Shown: positions 12,048 to 24,100 of the stretch, in pieces
Layout of the letters: each line of letters begins with the position of its first letter
Numbering within the stretch: the first letter of the stretch is position 1
Assembly (NCBI GenBank): GCA_963662585.1
Contig: OY759729.1
Span: forward strand, 2,208,001-2,272,000
DNA length: 64,000 bases
Source: Candidatus Cloacimonadales bacterium
GTDB lineage: Bacteria; Cloacimonadota; Cloacimonadia; Cloacimonadales; JAFGVF01
Direction: 5' to 3'
Notes under the pieces: model-generated
The model's database searches: none
What the model was told of the DNA's origin: nothing
What the model saw: the letters and a program-made list of their open reading frames with translations, nothing else
Program-made: the position numbers and the translations under genes

Positions 12048-15000
12048 TTAATTTTTGAGCTTTCTTTTTAGAGAGCTACTCTTAAATTTTGTCCTTATCA
12101 CTCTTCGAGCTTGAGCTTCATCAGTAGTAGCTACAACTCTGAAGAAGGCTATTCTTTCAGTTGTAGGATAGTTAACAGTATATTCTGTTTCACTAGTGTA
12201 GATGTATTCCTCATTTATCAAGTCGAAAGTTGGGCTATCACTCATGTATATCTTATAGCCGTTGGCTCCTAGAACAGGCTCCCAGGAAATGGTAAGTCCT
12301 GTACCTTGGTTATTTTCCAAGATAGATATTTCAGGACTAGTAAGAGCTACTTGGCTATTACTAAAGCCAGGTGTTGGTGAAGTAAATTCTTGCCAGATGT
12401 CTGCACCATCGGGGTTTCTTCCATAAGAATTATCAGGTGTAATAGCATAAGCTGGAACTTGATCAATAATTGTATTATCTGAGACACGAGTAAGTGTTAT
12501 ATCCTCTCCTCCTGCACTAATTTTAAAGTTAGTATGAATCTCTCCGTTAGCTGCTACTACATTTTGATCTGAAGCCCATATTTGAACAAATTCACCAGCT
12601 GGAAGCAGATATTCAGGGAAGATCCATTTATTTAAGAAAGTAGAATCATCAGATAGGTAATAGTTATTAAGCTGAACTTCTACATCTCCATTGTTATAGA
12701 TTTCAATCCAATCAGATTGTGTGCCAAAGTAGTCAACAAAACCATCACTTGTAAGATTATCATTTTTGCTTAATAATTCGTTTATAAGAAGAGAAGTTAC
12801 TGGGGCAGTAGATGATATGAAGTTAGCTGTTAGAGATATATCTTGGGTAAGGGTTAGGGTAATAGTCTCTTCAGAATCAAGAACTTGACCTGTCCAACCA
12901 GCAAAAACATAGCCAGCTTTAGGGATAGCAGTTATTTGGATAGCTACACCATTAAAGTAATCACCATTCCAAGGGTAAAGATTATCTGTATCTACACCTG
13001 GGCAATTCTCATCAATCACGATAGAAGATATTTGGATAATACCTTGAGCTTCATCGTTAACATCTAGGCTAACATTAGAAACACCATCAATAAAGGGGAA
13101 TTTATCTATATAGTGTTCCTGCACATTTGCTATTCTTACTTCCACAAAATCCCTTAATGCATCAACTCTTGTATTCCAAGAGGTCATGTCTTCAGGAGAA
13201 GACCATCTTTGAGTATGGAATTCCATTTCATGGTTTATTCTAGCTTTCATCTCTTCGATTAATGCTTCAGCTCTAGCTTGTCTAAAGTTAGTGTTTAAGA
13301 GGTCAGCAGTTCTATTAATGAATCTATCTCTAAACTCAGCTGAACCTGATTTAGGGTTTGGATTTGCAGAGTTTTCGGGATAATCACCGATTAGACTTCG
13401 GGCAAGAAGTCTGAACTTATCTTGCCAGTTATTGTGCCATGTAGTAGCATCTTCTAGGGTGTTTGCATTAGCCGTACCACTATATTCACCTAATCCACTA
13501 TCAAGGTCATACAAGAACCATCTCCATTTACCATCATGACCATAGCCTAGATTAGCATCAATGTTAGGGCCATTTTTTCTCCAAATTTTTAGGTTGTTGT
13601 AAGGCCAGTCATAGTTTGCTGCGTAAATTTCAGTAATATAATAATCTAGGAAGTTATCTAAATCTACTCTATCTTCGACAAATTGGAAGTTATCGGCGTC
13701 TGCTAAATCATTATTTTCTAAGAATGTTCGTAATTCATTAAAAGCAGTATTAGTTCCATTCTCTGTAACAAAGCTGTTAGCATAAGCTATTATATCAACT
13801 TCATCTTGAGAAACGCCATAGACCTCTTCAACATGGTCTTCATCAAAGCGATTTCTAATATTATGAAGTCCCCAATATTCACCATTTAGGAAGAGAACAA
13901 TAGGTTTATAGTCCATAGTATTAATATTAGTTCCTTTAGCAAGGGTATGAATATAAGCATCACGGAAGTTTGTTTTATTAGAATCTTGTCCTGAGTTTCT
14001 TACTATGAACTTATGGAATTCAGTTTGATTGTTGTCAGGGAATAGTTGATATTCAAACGAATCTCCACCATACTCATCTCTAGCGTATAATCTAAGTGAT
14101 TTTCTATTGCGTCTTGTAGATGCTCCACCGTGGATTCTAGCACCAGCTTTACGAGACATTGAGAGCTCTAAACCAGCATCAAAGTATTCAAGATAAACTT
14201 CTCTTTCCCATTCGATACCAGATTGGTAATAATTAGACTCTTGCCATTCATCTTGGCCTCCATCTACAAAGCCACTTCCTGGCACATAGATACCACTATC
14301 ATCACCAAAGAAGTTTTCGTAATCGGTTGAAATCGACATCACTGATAAATCGAATCTTGTAGTAATCCCTTGGCCAACGAAGTAGGTTTTGGTAACTACT
14401 TGGCTTGGGTCATAACCTTCCCCCATAACAAGGCATTTTAACACAGTCGCTTTTTCGATAAGTGCTTGAGGAGAAACCCAAAAATCATTTTCTTGCTGAT
14501 ATTCAGAGGAGCTTACAGGAATCGTTGTCCTAATCTCAGAGAGAACATTAGCTTCATTCATCCTAGAAGCAATAGTTAATGGACCGGTATATACATTAGA
14601 AGATTCAGTTGGAGTAGAACCATCTAAAGTATAATAAATAGTGCCATTTGCATTAGGGTTAGTAAGCGTAACTACCTGAGTCTCTTCATAGAAGCCAGCA
14701 TTGATATCAACACTACACTCTTCTAAGATTGGGAAAGCATCTGATTCATTAATGATCCCAGGAGTAGGACTTGTAAAAATAGCGAAATATGAAGTGTGAT
14801 TTGATATTCTTCCATAAGAATTATCTTCAGGGATATATATAGCATCAACTTCATCAATCACTTGGGAGTTTATAAAGGAAAGAGCAATATCTTCTCCAGC
14901 CCCACTAATCTTAAAGTTGCTATGAAGTTCACTATTGCTATAAAGACTATCATTGCTAGAACACCATATTAGCATATAACTATTAGCCTCTAATATTGTA

Positions 15001-17969
15001 TTAGGGAATAGCCATTTATCAAGCTGAGTGATGTCATCAGTTAGACCAAATCCTCTTAGATTAATAGGGTAATCTTTCTGATTCCAGATCTCTATCCAGT
15101 CAGAGTAATCTCCTTCAATATCTGTAATTATACTTCCGTTATCAGAGCATATTTCATTAATAAAGATAGCTTGGTTTAAATTATAGGATAACTCATTTCT
15201 GTTGTTGGGGGTCGGGGTTAAAGTCTCTTCCCAAAGAGCAATATTGTCCCACTTTCTAGCCATTGCAGCATTCTCACCAATTACTGCTACCGGTATAGAA
15301 TCAATAATACTAATACTATCGACATGGGCTAAATAAAGGGTCTCCGAGCTACTAAGTTTAAAGTTCGTGTGCATTTCATTATTATCATCTGTCATGTCAG
15401 CATTATCAGCCCAGAAAATTATAATTTCATTTGGGGTAAGAGTTCGAGCAGGGATTTCCCATTTACCTAAGTTGTTTGGATCATCTGACAGATAAAGACC
15501 TGCTAAATCGACATCTTGAGTACCATAATTTATAAGTTCAAACCAATCTCCATCGTCTCCATTTATATCATGATAATAACCGCTATTTGAAGCCATAACC
15601 TCATTAATATAAATCGGTATTTCAGGTAATTCATATATTGGATTTAATAGATTAGGTGAAGGAGTGAGATATTCATATACTAATTCATAGCCATTAGGAT
15701 AGCGACCTAAACTAATATCCTCAGAAGTTGGATAAGCATAAAAAGTATCAATAATATTATTTCCATCAGAATCTACTAAAAAGACTTCTTCTCCATTAGA
15801 GGAGATAGAGAAATTTGTATGAATTTCATTATTTGGATAAATAGTATCATCTCCACTACACCAAACTAGTGCTACTTCTCCAGGAAGAATTTCTAGTTGT
15901 GGGAATGTCCATTTAGTGTAGTTGGTCCAATCATCAGAAAGGAACATACCGGTCAGGTCAAGAGGATTGACACTACTATTATAAATCTCAAGCCAATCGG
16001 AAGCCCTTCCATTAGCATCAAGATGTAAGGCTAAACCATTAGCCATGACTTCATTAATGAAAAGATCGTCATTTTGGTTAGCAAATAAATTGCTGTGATA
16101 TGGGCTAGGAGTGGCGGTAATTTCCCACTCAAGTTCTCCTAAAGCATAGCTCTCATTAGCATTTAAAGTAGGCACTGCTACAGCTGAATATTCAATATTA
16201 TCTCTACCTGTAAGAATTACATCTTCGCCATTGGCAGAAATACTGAAGTTTGTATGATTACTAGTATTCTTGCCAGAAGCCCAAACAACATGGTATTCAT
16301 TGGGGAGAAGAGCAATATTATCAAAGTTCCACATGTTTGGCTCACTAGGATCATCTGAGAGATTAAAGTAGTTTAAATTTATCGGGAATAATCCTTCATT
16401 CTTAATTTCAAGCCAATCGCTATTCTCGCCATTTTCATCAAACATAAAGTCTTTGTTGCTAGACATAACTTCTGTTAGAATCACAGAGATAGCTGAATCT
16501 TGAATCTCATTAGCACTACCCGGAGTCGGGGTAGCCAGAACATTTAGGAAGTTACTATCGAATGATGCTCTTCCAAAAGAATAGTCTTCAGGAATTTCAA
16601 TTGCTCTAACTGAATCAATTACAGTAATATGATCTACAAAAGTTAGATAGACACTTTCACCCCCGTTTTTTAACTTGAAGTTGGTATTTAGACTATTATT
16701 ATAGACATTATCTTCATTATTACACCAGACTACTAATCTTTCATTAGGGGCAATTATCCCTTGCGGAATTCTCCATTTTGTTAAATCTTCATTGTCGTCG
16801 GAGAGATAGTAATCTGCTATATCAATATCGTTTGTTCCTCTATTATATAGCTCAATCCAATCAGATTGAAGTCCATACTCATCAAGAAATTCAGCTCCAG
16901 TAAGTGAAGAATTATCATACATTACTTCAGAAATCACTAAATCATCTGTTAAAATATTATCAGGAGTATCTTCGTGAATAAACTCAGTATAGCCTATTTT
17001 CCAAAGGAGGTTATCAGTGGCTGTACCACCATCAGATGAATACCATACCTTAAAGTTTAAGTGATTATTAATAGGGTAGGCCATGATAGATGACCTGTAA
17101 ATTAGACTATCCCATGAATTACTATCACCGCTTAAAATAGGGCTTTGGCCAACCTCCCAAGTTAAACCATCATCAGAGACTGCTAAATAGAGACTTCCCC
17201 CTCTTGTAGTTCCTGCCATACCAACAGAGGCTAACATATAGTATTTACCCTCAATGAAAGTAACATCTAAATGCCATATTTCACTTGTCGGAGTTATCAT
17301 GGTTAAGTCAGTTGCGATAGGATTAGACCAAGAACTTGTTAAATTGTCAGTAGTTCTCAAATTTATAGTTCTTGGACTTGTTTTAGTATTAACAGTCCAC
17401 ATCTTAAAATTATCATTATCTCTGACAATTGCTGGTGAAAGAATTCTCTCAGTATTACTTCCATTTACAACAAAGACCATCTGGTTAGCACTCCAGTTAA
17501 GGCCATCAGTAGAATAGACATAGTTAAGGGTCTCATCTCGCCAACCACTATGCTCACGCCAAAATACATACATTATACTATTATCTTCAGACATCACCAT
17601 ATCTGGATCAGAGTGGTAGTAGTTGTTGGCATCATAAGTTTCAGGGAAAGGAGTCATTATTGGATTAGTTAAGCCTGCCGGTACTTCCCAGACTAGACCA
17701 TCATGAGAAACAGCTATGCTGGGATTTTCATATTGAGCATCTGAACTAGGGAAGGGGGTATATACCATCCAATATTCATAACCATTCCAGCCATTTTCAA
17801 AGTAGTGAACATCAGGGTGTACCACTTCGTTATTCCCCACTATATAAGATTCTATATCTAAAGGGTTAGGGGCATTGCTCGCACTATAACCATTAATATC
17901 TAGCTGGATTATTCCAGAACAAAAACTGAAAGTCATTAAAATAGAAAATATTGCCAGAATTTTTTTCAT
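12048..17969 (-). CDS. Giant secreted CotH-kinase / lamin-tail-domain protein with N-terminal beta-propeller-like domain and C-terminal FN3-like module
   Basis: Signal peptide; six (I/L)(N/S/T)E(V/I/L)..N..DW(I/L/F)E LTD repeats; IYYTLDGSTP module; CotH motifs (NGEYWGLHNIR, NYDWPYNN, WRWFLYDLD); GYVFAGW B-repeat. Confidence 0.88.
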   Translation of the reverse strand: MKKILAIFSILMTFSFCSGIIQLDINGYSASNAPNPLDIESYIVGNNEVVHPDVHYFENGWNGYEYWMVYTPFPSSDAQYENPSIAVSHDGLVWEVPAGLTNPIMTPFPETYDANNYYHSDPDMVMSEDNSIMYVFWREHSGWRDETLNYVYSTDGLNWSANQMVFVVNGSNTERILSPAIVRDNDNFKMWTVNTKTSPRTINLRTTDNLTSSWSNPIATDLTMITPTSEIWHLDVTFIEGKYYMLASVGMAGTTRGGSLYLAVSDDGLTWEVGQSPILSGDSNSWDSLIYRSSIMAYPINNHLNFKVWYSSDGGTATDNLLWKIGYTEFIHEDTPDNILTDDLVISEVMYDNSSLTGAEFLDEYGLQSDWIELYNRGTNDIDIADYYLSDDNEDLTKWRIPQGIIAPNERLVVWCNNEDNVYNNSLNTNFKLKNGGESVYLTFVDHITVIDSVRAIEIPEDYSFGRASFDSNFLNVLATPTPGSANEIQDSAISVILTEVMSSNKDFMFDENGENSDWLEIKNEGLFPINLNYFNLSDDPSEPNMWNFDNIALLPNEYHVVWASGKNTSNHTNFSISANGEDVILTGRDNIEYSAVAVPTLNANESYALGELEWEITATPSPYHSNLFANQNDDLFINEVMANGLALHLDANGRASDWLEIYNSSVNPLDLTGMFLSDDWTNYTKWTFPQLEILPGEVALVWCSGDDTIYPNNEIHTNFSISSNGEEVFLVDSDGNNIIDTFYAYPTSEDISLGRYPNGYELVYEYLTPSPNLLNPIYELPEIPIYINEVMASNSGYYHDINGDDGDWFELINYGTQDVDLAGLYLSDDPNNLGKWEIPARTLTPNEIIIFWADNADMTDDNNEMHTNFKLSSSETLYLAHVDSISIIDSIPVAVIGENAAMARKWDNIALWEETLTPTPNNRNELSYNLNQAIFINEICSDNGSIITDIEGDYSDWIEIWNQKDYPINLRGFGLTDDITQLDKWLFPNTILEANSYMLIWCSSNDSLYSNSELHSNFKISGAGEDIALSFINSQVIDEVDAIYIPEDNSYGRISNHTSYFAIFTSPTPGIINESDAFPILEECSVDINAGFYEETQVVTLTNPNANGTIYYTLDGSTPTESSNVYTGPLTIASRMNEANVLSEIRTTIPVSSSEYQQENDFWVSPQALIEKATVLKCLVMGEGYDPSQVVTKTYFVGQGITTRFDLSVMSISTDYENFFGDDSGIYVPGSGFVDGGQDEWQESNYYQSGIEWEREVYLEYFDAGLELSMSRKAGARIHGGASTRRNRKSLRLYARDEYGGDSFEYQLFPDNNQTEFHKFIVRNSGQDSNKTNFRDAYIHTLAKGTNINTMDYKPIVLFLNGEYWGLHNIRNRFDEDHVEEVYGVSQDEVDIIAYANSFVTENGTNTAFNELRTFLENNDLADADNFQFVEDRVDLDNFLDYYITEIYAANYDWPYNNLKIWRKNGPNIDANLGYGHDGKWRWFLYDLDSGLGEYSGTANANTLEDATTWHNNWQDKFRLLARSLIGDYPENSANPNPKSGSAEFRDRFINRTADLLNTNFRQARAEALIEEMKARINHEMEFHTQRWSSPEDMTSWNTRVDALRDFVEVRIANVQEHYIDKFPFIDGVSNVSLDVNDEAQGIIQISSIVIDENCPGVDTDNLYPWNGDYFNGVAIQITAIPKAGYVFAGWTGQVLDSEETITLTLTQDISLTANFISSTAPVTSLLINELLSKNDNLTSDGFVDYFGTQSDWIEIYNNGDVEVQLNNYYLSDDSTFLNKWIFPEYLLPAGEFVQIWASDQNVVAANGEIHTNFKISAGGEDITLTRVSDNTIIDQVPAYAITPDNSYGRNPDGADIWQEFTSPTPGFSNSQVALTSPEISILENNQGTGLTISWEPVLGANGYKIYMSDSPTFDLINEEYIYTSETEYTVNYPTTERIAFFRVVATTDEAQARRVIRTKFKSSSLKRKLKN

Positions 17970-18304
17970 TATTCCTCCCGAATATATAGTTATCTGTTAT
18001 TGATTTTAAAAACTATTTAACAAATTAAAATATAATTAAATATTACTAGTAAACTACTAAAATTAATAAAACCAATTATTTAGCTTGTAAAATTAGTGTC
18101 CAGTTCTATTTTTCACCCCAAGAGGTCTTAATTGTTTTTTAGAAAGTGAAAAATGTTTTCCTACATTAGTGAGATTCGTAAAATTAATGGATAAATTTTT
18201 TAACTTTTTAGTGTATGTCGTTCCTGTAGGGCTATCTTTAGACACGAGTATTTCTAGATTTTCTATCAGTTAAACACTATTCATCTGCTACTTAGCAATT
18301 CACA

Positions 18305-18568
18305 GCGGAGAAAATCTCCACAATCCGACAGAAGAGGGATTATCATGCTGTAAACTCCCATCTTTAGTGATTAACTGGGGTTACGGACCTTTAGTCCGTG
18401 AATCTTAAATTCTGGGGTTACGGACCTTTAGTCCGTGAATCTTAAATTCCCCTCTTTAGTGCTGAAAGCACGCTAAAGAGGGGTGGCTGCGAAGCAGACG
18501 GGGTGTTTTAAATCCCCCTCCGTGAGGGGGACACAGGGGGTGTTTTCTTCCTAACTGGGAACGCGGGA
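18305..18568. repeat. Composite REP cluster (left part; interrupted by an IS)
   Basis: 2x37-bp CTGGGGTTACGGACCTTTAGTCCGTGAATCTTAAATT, CCCCTC..GAGGGG hairpins and an ACTGGGAACGCGGGA half site. Confidence 0.9.
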
Positions 18569-20287
18569 CAGACTGTGTGAAAATAGATATGTCAACATGT
18601 ATAAATGTTTAATTAATGTATTTATTTTCTTGACAAACAGAACATTATATTTATATTGGAAACATAAATATAGGAGAAATATTATGGACTATAAACAAGG
18701 CAAAGACAGACATCAAATTCAGTTTTTAACCTATGATTCTTTAATAGGAGAAAATCACCTTGTAAGAGTACTAGATCACTTTATAGACGGGCTCGATCTA
18801 GAGAAGTTTAATTTTACCTACACAAAACCAAAACGAGTTGGTAGAAAAGCTTATAATCCTAAATTCATGTTAAAATTGTATGTCTATGGATATCTTAGAG
18901 GAATTGTATCAAGTCGAAAATTAGAGTTAGCTACTCACGAAAATATTCCATTTATATGGCTAATGAAAGAACTAAAACCTGATTTTAAAACAATAGCTGA
19001 TTTCAGAAAAAACAATGTAAAAAATATTAAATCCGTATTTATGGAATTCAATAAATACTCGGTATATATGAATTTAATTGACTTTGAATTATTAGCTATA
19101 GATGGTACTTTTATTGATGCAGTTAACCATAATTCTAAAAATATATCAATAAACAAAATAAACACAATTTTGAAGAAAATAGAAGCTAAATTTGATACAT
19201 TTAATGAACAATATTCGACTAATGACAAAGAACAAGAATCAAAAAATGATAAAAATGAGCAACATTTAGAAAGTATTGAAAAATTAAAAGAAAAAGAAGA
19301 GTTTTATTTAAACTTAAAACAAGAGTTAAAGGATAAGGGTTTAACACAAATTTCATATACAGATCCAGATAGTCGAATGATGCAAAAAGATGGAAGCAAG
19401 AGAGATGTATCGTATAATTGCCAAAGCGTAACAGACTCTAAAAACAATTTATTGTTAATGGTTGATGCCTGTAGTGATAATACAGATGCGAAGCAACTTT
19501 ACAGGATGTCTTCATTAACCAAAGAAGCCTATAATTTGTCAGAATTTTCAGTTGTCGCTGATAAGGGTTATGGTTTTGGTAGAGAGATAAAAAAATGTAA
19601 TGAAGATGGTATTAAAACATATGTAACTATGCAAGATTCAGAGAAAATGAAAGGTACTCCATTCGCAACCTCTAAGTTTAAATATGATAAAATTAATGAT
19701 TGTGTTATTTGTCCTAACAATAGAACATTAATCGCTAGTAGAAAGAGAAATGCTGATAGAGGTCATGAATATGGTAGTCGCAAAACATGCAAAGGTTGTC
19801 CAGATTTAAAAGCTTGTACTAATGACAATAAGCAACAATATAGAACATTTACATTGAATCCTTATTATGAATATGTGGAGAAACAACTTGAAATTAATAA
19901 GGTAAGTAAGAATATACTAAGTCAACGAAAATGTATTGTTGAGCATCCTTTTGGAACAATAAAAAGGGATATGAATCAGGGTAGATTTTTAACGAAAGGC
20001 TTAGAATCTGTTCGTGGTGAGTTTATGTTTACTGCACTGGCATATAATATTAAAAGAGTATTTAACATTCTCGGATTTAATAAAATGATGGACTCCATAA
20101 ATGCCTTTTTTAGGAGAGGTTCGTCCAAAGCTGTCTATTTTGTCAAAAACATAGTACTTTTGCTAAGAATAGCAATAAATATTGCCTTTTCGAGTGCTAA
20201 ATTAGCCTGATACTCGAAATGAACAAAAAATCCAGATTTAAGTTTATCAAAACTCCCTTAAATCAAAAAGTGATTTCACACAGTCTG
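18569..20287 (+). mobile_element. IS1182-family insertion sequence, copy 1 (1719 bp)
   Basis: 14-bp terminal inverted repeats CAGACTGTGTGAAA / TTTCACACAGTCTG; GGA duplicated on both sides relative to the empty REP GCGGGATTCC. Confidence 0.93.
18684..20210 (+). CDS. IS1182-family DDE transposase
   Basis: GRKAYNPKFMLKLYVYGY..SSRKLE, PDFKTIADFRK, AIDGT, TDPDSRMM, ADKGY, VEHPFGTIK; ATG 18684 follows AGGAG. Confidence 0.93.
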   Translation: MDYKQGKDRHQIQFLTYDSLIGENHLVRVLDHFIDGLDLEKFNFTYTKPKRVGRKAYNPKFMLKLYVYGYLRGIVSSRKLELATHENIPFIWLMKELKPDFKTIADFRKNNVKNIKSVFMEFNKYSVYMNLIDFELLAIDGTFIDAVNHNSKNISINKINTILKKIEAKFDTFNEQYSTNDKEQESKNDKNEQHLESIEKLKEKEEFYLNLKQELKDKGLTQISYTDPDSRMMQKDGSKRDVSYNCQSVTDSKNNLLLMVDACSDNTDAKQLYRMSSLTKEAYNLSEFSVVADKGYGFGREIKKCNEDGIKTYVTMQDSEKMKGTPFATSKFKYDKINDCVICPNNRTLIASRKRNADRGHEYGSRKTCKGCPDLKACTNDNKQQYRTFTLNPYYEYVEKQLEINKVSKNILSQRKCIVEHPFGTIKRDMNQGRFLTKGLESVRGEFMFTALAYNIKRVFNILGFNKMMDSINAFFRRGSSKAVYFVKNIVLLLRIAINIAFSSAKLA

Positions 20288-20805
20288 GGATTCCAGCCCG
20301 CACCACCATTCACGAAGGTGAGTGGAGGTAGTTGAAAGTTGTCGGAAGTCGCTACTTCGTGAGCAACTCCCGTCATACTTCACTCCTGCAAAGCAGACAG
20401 GGGGTGTTTTCTTCTATGGAATGGAAGCGTCCCTGCTTCTCATCTTTTCTGGCGGCAGAGACGCCCCCAGTCCATAGGCCCCTGCTTCCATCAGGCTGTA
20501 TAACTGGGGTTACGGACCTTTAGTCCGTGAATCTTAAAATTATGGGGTTACGGACCTTTAGTCCGTGAATCTTAAATTCCCCTCTTTAGTGCTGAAAGCA
20601 CGCGAAAAAGAGGGGTGGCTGCGAAGCAGACGGGGTGTTTTAAATCCCCCTCCGTGAGGGGGACACAGGGGGTGTTTTCTTCCTAACTGGGAACGCGGGA
20701 TTCCAGCCCGCACCACCATTCACGAAGGTGAGTGGTGGTAGTTGAAAGTTGTCGGAAGTCGCTACTTCGTGAGCAACTCCCGTCATACTTCACTCCCAGT
20801 TAAGA
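20288..20805. repeat. Composite REP cluster containing an uninterrupted duplicate of the IS-disrupted unit
   Basis: 20501-20795 repeats 18372-18568 joined to 20288-20385. Confidence 0.9.
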
Positions 20806-20868
20806 AGCCCTCATCCAATTCTTCATTCTCTGTTAATTTACTGTTAACTGAAACTTAACGATTAAAAC

Positions 20869-21152
20869 TTGACAACATAATTATACCATTTAAATTTAGT
20901 ATGAATTAGAAGCAAAATATGCTGAAAGGCGTATTATAAGTAGAAAACAATACCACACCATTCTACGCAGATCTTTTATTCATGATAGATAAGTCTATTT
21001 GAGTGCTATAGTTAAAAAATATTTTGTTATAGTAAAAGGGGACTGGTACGCCTCAAATTCCTACTTATCATCAATTCGACTAATGTTGAATAATTTATTA
21101 GTTTTGAACTTATTTTATTTTTCAACTAAAAACCAAAAAATTTGGAGGATAT
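20869..21152 (+). promoter_or_regulatory. Putative promoter and structured ~250-nt 5' leader
   Basis: TTGACA-16-TAAATT; stem AGGCGTATTA (20927-20936)/TGGTACGCCT (21044-21053) encloses hairpin GTAGAA-[AACAATACCACACCA]-TTCTAC. Confidence 0.6.
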
Positions 21153-24100
21153 GTGAAAAGATATCTGAATGTTTTTATCGTACTAATAATGATGTTAAGC
21201 ATCACTTCGCTGATGGCTGATACATGGACTGAGACCTTTGATGATATTGCAACTGGAAGCTATCTTACTGGTGATGTTGTAATCTCAAGCAGAACCTGGA
21301 CAGCTAAGGATGCTGGTAATTTTTCTTATGCAAATACCAATATGGGTTCGTATGCTTTTACGATTAATGATGATAAAGCAGGTGCTTATATTACTACACC
21401 TGTTTTGAATACAATTGGAACGGTAAGTTTTAAATATGCTTACTTAAATGGTAATGATACCAATGTTTTTGTACTTCAAAAATCTTATGATAACACAAAT
21501 TTCGTAGATTTAGATACTCATACTTTAGGTGCAGAATCTAATTTAGCTTATGTTAACTACTCTTTTGAAGTTAACGATTCAGCTACTGAAGTTTATATTA
21601 GAATCTTAAGTGATGGTCAAAATGCTCATCTATTTATTGAAGATTTCACTGTAACTGATGCAGGTGGCACAACCCCTACTGCTCTTTCAGCTGATTTCAC
21701 TGCTGATATTACAACTGGAGAAACACCTCTCACAGTCAACTTCACTCCTGCAGTAACTGGTGGTACAGAGCCTTATGGTTATGCTTGGGATTTTGATAAT
21801 GATAACAGTGTTGATTCAACAGATGAAAACCCTTCTTATACATATAACACAGCTGGCACTTTCTCAGTTAAATTAACTGTTACAGATGGTGCCCTAGCCA
21901 CTGATATTGAAGAAAAAGTAGATTATATTACAACTGTTGAACCAACTAGTGAAGATGAATTAATGTCTAATGGCAACTTAGAGCTATGGGATAATTCTAC
22001 TACTCCTACTGATTGGGACAAGAGAGAAAGTCTTCAACAAGAAGGAACTATAGTTCATTCTGGTTCTTACTCTGCTAAGCAAACAGCTGGCACAAAAGAT
22101 TTAGGTCAATATGTTGAAGGAATAGTTGGTGGCGAAACTTACACTATCTCTTATTGGTACTTAGATAATGATACTAATGCTAAATCAAGAATTTGGTCTA
22201 ATTGGAGATCAGGGACATCTAATTTAAGTGATGATGATGATGTCTTAAAACCGAGTACTTACTCAATAGATAGTTCTGAGTGGCAACAAATCACTTACAC
22301 TCTAACTGCCCCAGCTACTGCTGATAATTTCTACTTTGAAGTAAGAAGCTATAATGATAATAGTGGTGGTGGAGTAATCTATTATGATGATTTCTCAGTT
22401 ATGGGTGCTGGTGGAACTTCTCCTGACTTATTATCAGTAGATTTCGAAGCTGATGTTCTTACTGGACAAGTACCTCTCACTGTTAACTTCACTAATTTAG
22501 TTACCGGTGGAGTTTCTCCTTATGGATATAGTTGGGATTTCGATGGTGATAATAGTGAAGATTCAGATGCTGCTAATCCAAGCTACACTTATTATGCAGT
22601 TGGAACTTATCCTGTGAAACTTTATGTTGTGGATTCAGGAACAAGTGATGGCACTGAATATAAGACAGCTTATATAACTGTAACAACTGCTGGTGGGGAC
22701 ACTTACTATAGTGGCATCACTGCGACTGAAGGTGAGGCTTTAAAAACTCAGCTTGCTGCATTAATTTCAACTAATACAAGCACAAGCTATGATGGTGCTC
22801 GTGCAGCCATGTATAGTAATATTGATAATATCAATAATACTGTTACCTGTGTTTATACAGGCTTAGAAGTTCCTCACAACTATGGTGACACTTCTGCACC
22901 TACCGATATTAACTGTGAACACTCTTTTGCTCAGAGCTGGATTGAAGATTATCTCCTTGATACAACTACTGAAAATCGTGCAAAAGCTGATGTTCATCAC
23001 CTTTTCCCTACTGATTCTGGTGTGAATTCTTCCCGCGGGAATCTTTCTTTCGATAATGTTAATTCTGTAGAATACTCTTATAGTTTTGCTACTGGCTATA
23101 CTTCCTATCGTGGAACTAATGCTGACGGCGTGACTGTATTTGAACCTGCAGACCAACATAAAGGTGATCTTGCTAGAGCTTTATTATATATGAGCGTTCG
23201 TTATGATTTACCTCTTGCTCCTCCAGTACCTAACCCAGGTCCTATCAATGTTAATATGCTTGCTACTCTTTTAGAGTGGAATAGTGCAGACCCTGTTGAT
23301 GCTGCTGAAATTACTAGAAATGATGAAATAGAAGATTACCAGACTAACCGTAATCCATTTGTTGATCATCCTGAATGGGTAAACGCTATTTGGGGTGGAG
23401 AACCTGTTTACACTTGCTCTATTCCTACTATGAATCCTGCTGGTGGTACATTTGACTCAGTTCAAAGCGTTACTCTTTCAACTCTAACAGCTGATGCAGA
23501 CATCTATTATACTACTAATGGTGATACTCCAACTTCTGCTTCTACTCTTTATAGTGGAGCTATTGAAGTTGCTACTAATATGACTATCAAAGCTATTGCT
23601 GTAAAAACTGGCTGGAATGATTCTCAAATGGCATCAGAATCTTATGTAATCAATATCATTCCTACTGTTTCAATCTATGATATTCAGTTCGTAGCTGATC
23701 CTGTAACTTCTGATGTTTCTGCTTATGAAGGACAGACTGTTAATGTTACTGGTATCGTTACTGCTGTTTCAAGCTCAGGTTTCAATATCTCTGCTCCTGC
23801 AGGTGGTGCTTGGAATGGTATCCTTGTTTATAACAATACTGCTAATCCAACTATAGGTGACCAAGTTACCTTCAACGGAGAAGTAGATGAATACAGCTAT
23901 TTAACAGAACTTAAGAATATCAATGGCTTTCAAGTTCTTTCTCAAGGCAACTCAGTTACTCCTACAGTAATTACTACTGCTCAGGCATCTACAGAAGCCT
24001 ATGAAGGTGTCTTAGTTACTGTTGAAACCGTTACTGTTACTGAAGAAGCTTCAACCTATAATGAATGGCTTGTTTCTGATGGTTCAGGTGATATTCAAAT

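Noticed and set aside
18597..18683. Upstream extensions of ORF-track starts (18597, 31040, 38042, 45295, 55758, 10784, 11640)
   Set aside because: Downstream ATGs have better RBS and/or signal peptides; the extensions overlap promoters, leaders or repeats
20301..20330. CACCAC/GTGG words inside the REP hairpin CCACCATTCAC-GAAG-GTGAGTGG
   Set aside because: They are base-paired in a repeat stem, not in loops of gene leaders, so they were not counted in the leader-motif finding; they remain a possible confounder
20909..21000. c-di-GMP-I riboswitch-like start (GCAAAATATGCTGAAAGGCGTATT)
   Set aside because: The expected adjacent ACGCAAA junction and second stem are not evident; a different long-range pairing fits better. 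An Rfam scan would settle it
21151..21156. ATG-TGA start-stop overlapping the GTG start of the giant nuclease gene
   Set aside because: The ATG is only 2 nt from GGAGG, so it is probably coincidental
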